Assembly: GCA_913043225.1 (NCBI GenBank)
Contig: CAJWLU010000010.1
Location: 64,001 to 128,000, forward strand
Length of the DNA stretch: 64,000 bases
Source of the DNA: an uncultured Acidobacteriota bacterium
GTDB taxonomy: Bacteria; Acidobacteriota; Vicinamibacteria; Vicinamibacterales; UBA8438
Direction: 5' to 3'
Part shown: positions 38,712-46,502 of the stretch, piece by piece
How the letters are laid out: every line of letters begins with the position of its first letter
How positions within the stretch are numbered: the first letter of the stretch is position 1
Program-made: the position numbers and the translations under genes
The notes under the pieces: generated by a model
What the model saw: the letters and a program-made list of their open reading frames with translations, nothing else
Databases searched by the model: none
What the model was told of the DNA's origin: nothing

Positions 38712-39725
38712 ATGACGACGTCCCTCACATCCCGTACTGGCCTGGCCGGTCTTGTCGCGGTGCTGGTGCTCACCGCCGGTCCGGCGCTGGCCCAGACCGA
38801 TGATGGCTGGGTGGTTCCGCGGATGCCGGACGGCGTGCCGGATTTGCAGGGGCTGTGGAATAACACCACCATCACACCGTTTGAGCGGCGGCCGGCGCAG
38901 CCGGAGTTCATTACAGAAGAGGACGCTCAGGCAGCCCAGGAGCAGGCGCTAGCGCGTCGGGCCGAGGCGAACGCGCCGAGCGTCGTGCGCACCGAGCCGC
39001 TCCCGGTGGGTGGCAATCCCGGCTCAGTCAACCAGTTCTGGTTGGGCCCTCGGTACCAGATCGTCGAGACTCGACGCTCGTCGCTGGTCATCGATCCGCC
39101 AGACGGGCGGGTACCGCTCCGGCCAGAGGCCGAGGAGCGCCGTGACTATTTGGTCGAATATCGTGCCGACCAGATCGAGAACATGAGTGTCTACAGCCGC
39201 TGTATCACGCGTGGCGTGCCCGGCACCATGTTCCCGCAGGTCTACAACAACGGCTACCAGATCCTGCAGATTCCTGGTTATGTCGTCATCCGGCCGGAGA
39301 TGATGCACATTCGGATCATTCCGCTCGACGGATCGCCGCATATCTCCCCCAAGATCAGCGGTTGGATGGGCGACTCGCGCGGACGGTGGGAGGGGGATAC
39401 CCTCGTCGTCGAGACTACGAACTTCGATCCGAGAGGGTGGATCTCGTCAAATGCCTCGGCAGGGCGGATGCACGCCGTGCCGCAGAGCGACAAGCTACGG
39501 GTGGTGGAGCGGTTTCGACGGGTCGACGAGGGCACCTTGTTGTGGCGAGCAACCATCGAAGACCCGCCATTCTACGCCTCGCCCTGGACGGTGGAAGTGC
39601 CGTTCCGGACAGTGCCAGACTACATCATCTACGAGTACGCCTGTCATGAGGGCAATCATGCCGTCGAGGGTGTGATGGGAGGCGCTCGGGTCCAAGAGCT
39701 TCGCCCGACGACGGGGCCAGGCTAA
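38712..39725 (+). CDS. Secreted hypothetical protein (YEYACHEGN family)
   Basis: Signal peptide; PDLQGLW, GDSRGRWEGDTLVVETTNF, YEYACHEGN. Confidence 0.8.
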   Translation: MTTSLTSRTGLAGLVAVLVLTAGPALAQTDDGWVVPRMPDGVPDLQGLWNNTTITPFERRPAQPEFITEEDAQAAQEQALARRAEANAPSVVRTEPLPVGGNPGSVNQFWLGPRYQIVETRRSSLVIDPPDGRVPLRPEAEERRDYLVEYRADQIENMSVYSRCITRGVPGTMFPQVYNNGYQILQIPGYVVIRPEMMHIRIIPLDGSPHISPKISGWMGDSRGRWEGDTLVVETTNFDPRGWISSNASAGRMHAVPQSDKLRVVERFRRVDEGTLLWRATIEDPPFYASPWTVEVPFRTVPDYIIYEYACHEGNHAVEGVMGGARVQELRPTTGPG

Positions 39726-39743
39726 ATGGTCTACCATCCTCGG

Positions 39744-41558
39744 ATGCGCGTGCGAGCCCTTCCGGCGCTGGTCCTGGCGCTCGTCGCGGCGGCGCTCGTC
39801 CGCCCCTCGGCGACGCCAGAGCTTGGCCCGGTGGCCGCCCGATGGGTCAGTTCGACGCTGGACGGCATGACGCTTGACCAGAAGATCGGTCAGCTACTCA
39901 TGCCGTCGTTCCGCACCACCTACTTCAGTAACGACAGTGACCGCCACGACCGGCTCGTGTCGCTCGTGCGTGAACAGCACGTTGGCGGTTTTCTGCTCTT
40001 CGCCGGCCGGTTGCCCGCCCCGAACGTCCTGCTCGGCGGTGGCTATCCGCGCGGTGTTCCTGGCCAGCCGCTGGCGGCCGCATCCACTAACAATCGATTG
40101 CAGGCCGAGTCGGCGCTCCCGCTGCTCAACGCGGCCGACTTCGAGACCGGCGTCGGTTTCCGGATTGGTGGGGCCACGACTTTTCCCCGCGCCATGGCGT
40201 TCGGCGCCGCGGGTGACGAAGCCCTTGCGGTGGAGGCCGGGCGGATCACGGCGCTCGAAGCGCGCGCCCTTGGCGTGCACGTGAACTTCGCGCCGGTGGC
40301 TGACGTCAACAACAACCCGCGCAACCCGGTTATCAACACCCGCTCGTTCGGCGAGAATCCGGATGTTGTATCGCGGCTTGCTTCTGCCTATGTCCGCGGC
40401 CTGCAGGACGGGGGTATGGTGGCCACGCTCAAGCACTTTCCGGGGCATGGCGACACCGACGTTGACTCGCATCTCGGCCTGCCGCTAATTCCGCATCCTC
40501 GCGCGCGGCTTGAACGGATCGAGCTGCCGCCGTTCCGGGCTGGCATCGCCGCGGGCGCCGGGGCGGTCATGACCTCGCACATCGAGCTTCCCGGGCTTGA
40601 CCCGGAGCCCTCTCGTCCCGCCACTCTTAGCCCGCCCGTAGTCACGGGGCTCCTCCGTAACACGCTTGGGTTCGACGGACTGATCTATACCGACTCGATG
40701 CGGATGCGCGCGGTGACCGAGCTCGCTTCGCCTGGTGTGGCCGCGGTGCAGGCCGTGGTTGCGGGTCACGATGTGGTCATCCACTCGCCGGATGACGTGG
40801 TGGCGTTCGACGCGCTCAAGGCCGCCGCCGAGGATGGCACCATCTCCGAGGCACGCCTCGATCGATCTGTCCGGCGCATTCTCGAGGCCAAGGCAGCGCT
40901 GGGGCTCCACGGTAGCCGGCGGGTCAGTCTCGATCAAGTGCCGGACCTGGTCGGCAGCCGCGCCCATCGTGAGGTCGCGGCCGAGGTGAGTCGGCGTGGC
41001 ATCACGCTGCTGAAGGACGAGCGCGGGAGCGTACCACTACGGGTGCCTCGGGACGCGTCGGTGCTCTATCTTTCGGTGGTCGACTATCCAACCGGTTGGG
41101 GGCATGGCGCGCCAAGCGCCACGTTTTTACCAGAGCTTCGCGCCCGCTGGGATGACGTGACGGCGATGGAGCTGTCCGACCGGACCACGTCCGGCGAACT
41201 AGCCGTGGTGCGGGCCGACCTCGGTGCCTACGACGCGGTGGTGGCGTCGGTGTTCGTCCGGACCGCGTCCTACAGCGGCCGCATGGATCTCGAGTCCCAG
41301 CTGCAGGATTTCCTCCGCACGGTGGCCCGCCGCACCGAGGTGCGCGATGTCCCGTTCGTTACCGTGTTCTTCGGGAACCCGTATGCCGCCACCTTCATGC
41401 CCGAGCTGCCGGCAACGCTACTAACCTACGATTTCTACACGCTTGCTGAGACCAGCGCTGTTCGCGCGATCACCGGCGAGGCGCCCATTACCGGCCGGCT
41501 CCCGATCGCGCTTGGCGAGTATCCGATTGGCCACGGCCTGACCCGTGCTGCCCGGTGA
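39744..41558 (+). CDS. nagZ: GH3 beta-N-acetylglucosaminidase
   Basis: Signal peptide; APVADVNNNP, RSFGE, KHFPGHGDT..DSH. Confidence 0.9.
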   Translation: MRVRALPALVLALVAAALVRPSATPELGPVAARWVSSTLDGMTLDQKIGQLLMPSFRTTYFSNDSDRHDRLVSLVREQHVGGFLLFAGRLPAPNVLLGGGYPRGVPGQPLAAASTNNRLQAESALPLLNAADFETGVGFRIGGATTFPRAMAFGAAGDEALAVEAGRITALEARALGVHVNFAPVADVNNNPRNPVINTRSFGENPDVVSRLASAYVRGLQDGGMVATLKHFPGHGDTDVDSHLGLPLIPHPRARLERIELPPFRAGIAAGAGAVMTSHIELPGLDPEPSRPATLSPPVVTGLLRNTLGFDGLIYTDSMRMRAVTELASPGVAAVQAVVAGHDVVIHSPDDVVAFDALKAAAEDGTISEARLDRSVRRILEAKAALGLHGSRRVSLDQVPDLVGSRAHREVAAEVSRRGITLLKDERGSVPLRVPRDASVLYLSVVDYPTGWGHGAPSATFLPELRARWDDVTAMELSDRTTSGELAVVRADLGAYDAVVASVFVRTASYSGRMDLESQLQDFLRTVARRTEVRDVPFVTVFFGNPYAATFMPELPATLLTYDFYTLAETSAVRAITGEAPITGRLPIALGEYPIGHGLTRAAR

Positions 41559-41584
41559 CGGCGTTGCCCTGACCAAGGAGACCG

Positions 41585-41944
41585 ATGAGGACACCGGCGA
41601 CCATCTACCACAACCCGCATTGAAGTACCTCCGCCTATGCCTTGGCGGTCGCCAAGGACAACGGGGTGCCGTACCACACCATTCTCTACATGAAGGAGAA
41701 GCCGGATCGGACGCAGCTCGAGGCGCTGGTCGGCATGCTCGAAGATCCCGTCGAGGATCTCGTGCGGAAGGACTCGAAGTTCAAGAAGCTTGGGCTTGAT
41801 CCGGCTGACTACGAAGGGAACGCTGCCGCGGTGGTGGCTGTGCTGGAGCGTCATCCGGCGCTGCTCCAGCGCCCGGTCATCGTGCGCGGTGGTAAGGCGA
41901 TCGTCGGACGTCCGCGTGACCGGGTGCCGGCGTTCCTGAGCTGA
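41585..41944 (+). CDS. arsC: ArsC-family (glutaredoxin-type arsenate reductase) probable selenoprotein, UGA at codon 13
   Basis: AAGGAG RBS, ATG 41585, then MRTPATIYHNPH-TGA(41621)-STS in frame with ORF 41642..41944 (LVRK, LLQRPVIV, IVGRP). The TGA falls at the catalytic Cys of the YHNPxC motif. Confidence 0.82.
41640..41657 (+). promoter_or_regulatory. Bacterial SECIS-like hairpin
   Basis: Perfect 7-bp stem CCTTGGC/GCCAAGG with a GGTC loop, 23 nt after the UGA. Confidence 0.7.
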
Positions 41945-41945
41945 C

Positions 41946-42857
41946 CTAGTTCGTGACCGTCACCGTGACGTCGGCGGTGGCGCCGATGGCACCGTCAGAG
42001 GCGAGACACCGCAGCACGTAGGTGCCAGGCTCCTCGAAGACCACCTCGGTGGCCCAGCCGCCGTCGGGCGGCGGCTCCGGCGTCTGCCAGCCCGGCGACC
42101 ATGGGGAGTTGGCGCCGGCCCGGGTATCCTCCCAGGTCTTGGCTTGCACCGGCTCGAAGGCTATATCCCCGTCTCCACGATAGACGAACCAGGAGACCCG
42201 TAGTCCGGTGGCGCTGCCCACGGTGACCTGCACCGGCGGGCGCCAGGGGTTGCGGCTGCGACGACGCTCTGCCGGTACGCCATCGTCGATGGCCACCGCC
42301 AGCAGAGGAAGCGGTTCACCCACTCGCACGGAGTGGGTGCGCGGACCTTCGACTCTGAGGACCGGCGGCGTGTTAGCTCGGATGGTCGCGTCACTCCGGC
42401 CGGCGCCTAGCGCTCCCTGTTCGGAGGCCTGCACCAGGTAGTCCACGTAGTAGTCCTGCCGCAGGGTGGCGAACGCCTGCTCGGCCTGGCCTGCGGTGAT
42501 CAGCGTCCAGATCATCTCGTCGTCCTCGGTGAAGCCAGGCGGCACCGGCACCTTGAAGACGAAGCGGTTGCGGCGTGGAAGGAAGTGCGTTGGTTGACCC
42601 AAGTCGGGACCACCTGGCTCGAAGTGGTTGTTTGGCCCCACCGGCACGTCGAGCTCTTCTTCCCAGTTCCGGTTCATGTAGCCGAAGAGGAAGAAGCGGT
42701 TTCCCTGCTCGTCTTCCTCCCAGCCTTCGTAGGCGGGGAAGACATTCTGGCCGTGCTGGTAGTTGGGTCGGGTCTGGGCGCTGACGGTTGTGGCGACCAG
42801 GACCAGCCCCAGTGCCAGCGTTTGGCCCCGCCGCCGGTCTCTCGGTTGCGAGCTCAC
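41946..42857 (-). CDS. Secreted hypothetical protein with C-terminal Ig/PKD-like segment
   Basis: Signal peptide; PAYEGW..FGYMNRN..QPTHFLPRR; PGTYVLR..ASDG. Confidence 0.8.
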   Translation of the reverse strand: MSSQPRDRRRGQTLALGLVLVATTVSAQTRPNYQHGQNVFPAYEGWEEDEQGNRFFLFGYMNRNWEEELDVPVGPNNHFEPGGPDLGQPTHFLPRRNRFVFKVPVPPGFTEDDEMIWTLITAGQAEQAFATLRQDYYVDYLVQASEQGALGAGRSDATIRANTPPVLRVEGPRTHSVRVGEPLPLLAVAIDDGVPAERRRSRNPWRPPVQVTVGSATGLRVSWFVYRGDGDIAFEPVQAKTWEDTRAGANSPWSPGWQTPEPPPDGGWATEVVFEEPGTYVLRCLASDGAIGATADVTVTVTN

Positions 42858-42881
42858 GAGCAGACTCTTTCTTCCCCCTGA

Positions 42882-44363
42882 CTACTGGCGGGACGCCTGG
42901 CCGTCGGCCTCGTTCTCATTGTCCTCTTCCTCAGACGTGGCGGTCGGTCGCCGGTTGTACTCCTCTGGCAACTGGATGTCGTCGAAGGGACAGAGCGGAC
43001 AGCCCAGCGTGTGATCGTTGGGTCCCAGCCCGAGCTTCTCGCGTCGCTCGGCCATCTCGGCGATGAACTGCTCGTCGGTCAGCGCCACGCCCAGCCCGAG
43101 GTCGATGAACATGTTGGTCACTGACCGGTTGCCAGAGCCTTGCCAGTTGCGCGGGTCTGGCACGTTTCGGTTGGTTGGCGAGTTGTCCATGTAGCCGGTG
43201 ATGTGGAGGATGGTCCCCTTCGGCAGTAGCGGCGCGTAGTCATCGTGGTACTCGTAGGTGCGCACCCAGTTATGGTCGTAGCCCGCGCAAGTAAGCGTCT
43301 CGATGTTCATGCCCCAGATCGCTTCCAGGCACATCCGCTCGCCGGGGGCGTGCAGATGTGGCTCGAAGCTGGTGATCTTCTGGTTCTGCTGGAGCACCGA
43401 GTAGGCATGCAACTCTTGGTCGGCCTGCATTCCGCGAATGTCGATGTCGAGCCCATTACCCAGCCCACGGCCCACCCGACGGTATTCTGGCTCGTAGCCC
43501 AGCGGGTGGAACTTCCAGCCGATCTTCAGATGGCCAGTGGTGTCTGTGCCGTTCGAGTGGACGTGAAGCGAGTTGGAGACGACGCTGGAATTGGCGGCCA
43601 GTAGCCGTCCCGCTTTCGGGTCGAGGAAGTCGGCATTGCGGCCCACTTCGTGAATCGGCCACGACGTTCTCGTCTGGCGGTCGGGGTCTTGGACCGGCAC
43701 GCCATTCTCGTCCATGACCTGAGTCGCCCAGATCATGTGGTGATAGATGAAGCGGCCGCCCACCGTGTCGCGTGCCTGAGACGGATCGAAATCGTTGAAC
43801 TCCTTGAACTCGAGGGCCGCCACGTAGCGGTCCTCTGTGTTGCCGATAGGAGTGGTCTCGATCTCACCCCACCAGTCTGGGGCATCGCCCGGCATGGTGA
43901 TGTCGGGCAGCGTCGTGATCAGGTCCGGCTCGCCGATGGCCCAGGCCGCGGTGCTCCAGTTGATCGGCTCGGGCAGGTCGGCCGGGTTGCCCTCGGGCGC
44001 GCCAGTATCGGCCCAGGTCGCGATCTTGGCAATCTCTTCGTCGGTCAGCGACGGGTCGTTCTTATAGTGCTGAATACCGAGGTTCTTCTCGACATACCAA
44101 GGCGGCATTACGCCCGCCCGGGGGCCCATGCTGGTCCGCATTTTCATCGCCCGCGCCCACGGCCGGGTCTCGTCGTAAGTCCGCAGTGCCATCGGCGCCA
44201 CCGAGTCAGGCCGATGGCATGTCTGACAGCTACGCTGCAGGATCGGCGCGATGTCCCTAGTGAAGGTCACCTCGGCCTGCGCGACCGGGGTCTGTGCGAG
44301 ACTAGCGGCGCCCGGCGCGAGCGTGAGCAGGGTAACGACACAGGTCAGAGTGCGGTTGGTCAT
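42882..44363 (-). CDS. c-type cytochrome fused to a copper type II (PHM/DBH-like) monooxygenase domain
   Basis: Signal peptide; CQTCH..MPPW; YHHM, LHVH, PHLH and a late NM as candidate CuH/CuM ligands. Confidence 0.75.
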   Translation of the reverse strand: MTNRTLTCVVTLLTLAPGAASLAQTPVAQAEVTFTRDIAPILQRSCQTCHRPDSVAPMALRTYDETRPWARAMKMRTSMGPRAGVMPPWYVEKNLGIQHYKNDPSLTDEEIAKIATWADTGAPEGNPADLPEPINWSTAAWAIGEPDLITTLPDITMPGDAPDWWGEIETTPIGNTEDRYVAALEFKEFNDFDPSQARDTVGGRFIYHHMIWATQVMDENGVPVQDPDRQTRTSWPIHEVGRNADFLDPKAGRLLAANSSVVSNSLHVHSNGTDTTGHLKIGWKFHPLGYEPEYRRVGRGLGNGLDIDIRGMQADQELHAYSVLQQNQKITSFEPHLHAPGERMCLEAIWGMNIETLTCAGYDHNWVRTYEYHDDYAPLLPKGTILHITGYMDNSPTNRNVPDPRNWQGSGNRSVTNMFIDLGLGVALTDEQFIAEMAERREKLGLGPNDHTLGCPLCPFDDIQLPEEYNRRPTATSEEEDNENEADGQASRQ

Positions 44364-44499
44364 GAAGGCTCTCCGGCTAGTCGAACAGGATCAACTTCGA
44401 ATCATATACGACCCGCCAGGGTGGCCTGGTGACGAAAACCCGTCGGCCCCCTGAGTGCTATACTCTCAACCCCGTGCCGGCGCCAGCCGGTCTCACTAA

Positions 44500-44576
44500 G
44501 CGCCCTTAGCTCAGCTGGATAGAGCGTCTGGCTACGAACCAGAAGGTCGCAGGTTCGAATCCTGCAGGGCGCGCCA
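44500..44576 (+). tRNA. tRNA-Arg(ACG)
   Basis: GCGCCCT/AGGGCGC acceptor stem, TCTGG-CTACGAA-CCAGA anticodon arm, GGTTCGAATCC T-arm, encoded CCA; TGCTATACT extended -10 upstream. Confidence 0.98.
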
Positions 44577-45004
44577 TTCTTTTCAATAACTTACGGGGAT
44601 CGGTGTCGGCGGGTCGTGCGAAGACACCCCCAGAGTCGCGCCCGAAGCACCGGAAGTCCGATGGCCTGTCCTCTCAATCGGGTACCGCGAAGACGAACAA
44701 GTTGTTCCGGTTACGCCTTTTCTTTGCTGTGTCGCCTGTTGAGACCAGTCGGCAGACCGACACCGCCACCGGTCTCCCGACCGTAACGCCTTTGAGGGCG
44801 CGTTCGATGACTCCTCGCCCAACTCGCCGATTTCACACCGGACAGGGCAGCCACGTCGTCTCAACTTGACAGAGCCTTCCGCCGCCAAGGACTTGCCACC
44901 GGGCTCCGAATTGCGCGATCCTTCATTATTAGTTTTACGAATCGGTAGCGAAATTCAGGGTGCAGCTGACTTTCCTGCGTTGTTGCCACGAGCGAGGTAC
45001 GACT

Positions 45005-46495
45005 ATGCGCACGAAAGGCGTGGTGGGCGTCGTTGCAATTGTGCTCTCGGCCGTCGGCCTGGGTTCGGCCGGCGCGGAGCCTCGATTGATTGACGCGGCG
45101 AAGCGCTCGGACGTCGCCGCCGTCCGCGCGCTGGTACAGCAGGGGCTGGATGTGAACGTGCGTGCCGGCGACGGAGCAACGGCCCTTCACTGGGCTGCCT
45201 ATCGGGGTCGGGCGGATCTCATTCAGCTGCTGATCGAGTCGGACGCAGCGGTGAATGTCACCAACGATCTGGGCGTTACGCCGCTGTGGGTCGCGGCGAG
45301 CGTTCGGGGTACAGCCACCGTTGAAGCGTTGCTCGCGGCGGGCGCTGAGCCGGATCTCGTGCCGCCCACCGGCGAAACGCCACTCATGATCGCAGCGCGC
45401 ATGGGCAACCTCGAGGCGCTCACGCAGCTGATCGCCCACGGCGCGGACATCAACGCCGCGGAGGCCGCTCGGGGCCAGACAGCGCTGATGTGGGCGACCT
45501 CGCAGCGGCAGCCACAGGCGGCCAAACTGCTCATCGACGCGGGCGCCGGCGTGAATGACCGGACCGTGGCCTCCAAGCGGTTCGTTCAGTTGTGCTGCTC
45601 TGAATACAACGGAGACGTCCGGGGGACTGCGTGGGTGGACCACGGTGGATTCACAGCGCTCTTGTTCGCGGCTCGGGAAGGAAGCGTCGAATCCGCGGAG
45701 TACCTGCTGGCCGCCGGCGCCAACGTGAACGACAGCGGCGCGGACGGCTCGACTGCCCTGGCTGTGGCGGCACTCAGCGGCCAGACAGCAGTCGCGGAGC
45801 TGCTCATCGAGCACGGAGCCGATCTGAACGCCGCCGGCGGTGGGTATGCGCCCCTGCACGCGACCGTACTGCGGGGCGATCTGGACCTTGCCGCGTCGCT
45901 CTTGGCGCGCGGCGCGGACGTGAATGCTCGGCTGACTCGCGCAACCCAGTCGCGGCGGTCTCTGAATGACTACGCCTTCGACCGGAAGTTGATCGGCGCG
46001 ACGCCGTTCATGGTGGCCGCCAGAGACGGCGAAGCGGCGTTCATGCGTGTTTTCGCCGCGGCAGGCGCCGACACATCGATGGGACTGCGTGACGGTGCGC
46101 CACCGCTTGCGGTGGCCGCGCGCGGGGAGCAGCATTTCGTGACCGCCCGGACAGGCGGCGTCGGGGAACCGAGTCCGCGCGTGCTTGACCAGCGGGCGCT
46201 GGCGGCTGTGAAGGTGGTGGTCGACCTCGGCGCGGACGTGAACGCTGCGGATCGGTCGGGCAACAGCGCGATGCACGTGGCCGCCGAGAGACGCTTCGAG
46301 GGCGTCATCCGGTTCCTGGCGGAGCAGGGTGCTCACGTGGACGTCAAGAACCAGCTCGGCGACACCCCGCTGGCGCTGGCGCTTCGCCCGCTCCCACCGC
46401 CCCCCGGCTCCGTGGTCGTGGCGCAAGGCGTGGAGAGGGTCGACGACGGACCGAGGATCGCGGAAGTCCTTCGCAGCCTCGGTGCGAAGCAGTGA
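45005..46495 (+). CDS. Secreted ankyrin-repeat protein
   Basis: Signal peptide; repeated G.T(A/P)L..AA..G....GADVN units. Confidence 0.95.
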   Translation: MRTKGVVGVVAIVLSAVGLGSAGAEPRLIDAAKRSDVAAVRALVQQGLDVNVRAGDGATALHWAAYRGRADLIQLLIESDAAVNVTNDLGVTPLWVAASVRGTATVEALLAAGAEPDLVPPTGETPLMIAARMGNLEALTQLIAHGADINAAEAARGQTALMWATSQRQPQAAKLLIDAGAGVNDRTVASKRFVQLCCSEYNGDVRGTAWVDHGGFTALLFAAREGSVESAEYLLAAGANVNDSGADGSTALAVAALSGQTAVAELLIEHGADLNAAGGGYAPLHATVLRGDLDLAASLLARGADVNARLTRATQSRRSLNDYAFDRKLIGATPFMVAARDGEAAFMRVFAAAGADTSMGLRDGAPPLAVAARGEQHFVTARTGGVGEPSPRVLDQRALAAVKVVVDLGADVNAADRSGNSAMHVAAERRFEGVIRFLAEQGAHVDVKNQLGDTPLALALRPLPPPPGSVVVAQGVERVDDGPRIAEVLRSLGAKQ

Positions 46496-46502
46496 CCGTA
46501 TC

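Noticed and set aside
41642..41944. ORF-track TTG start for the ArsC-like gene
   Set aside because: It omits the catalytic YHNPx motif and has no RBS; the upstream ATG with AAGGAG is better supported.
45005..46495. Ankyrin and NHL repeats as proof of a sponge or other host-symbiont lifestyle
   Set aside because: These exported types also occur in free-living bacteria; one window cannot show enrichment.
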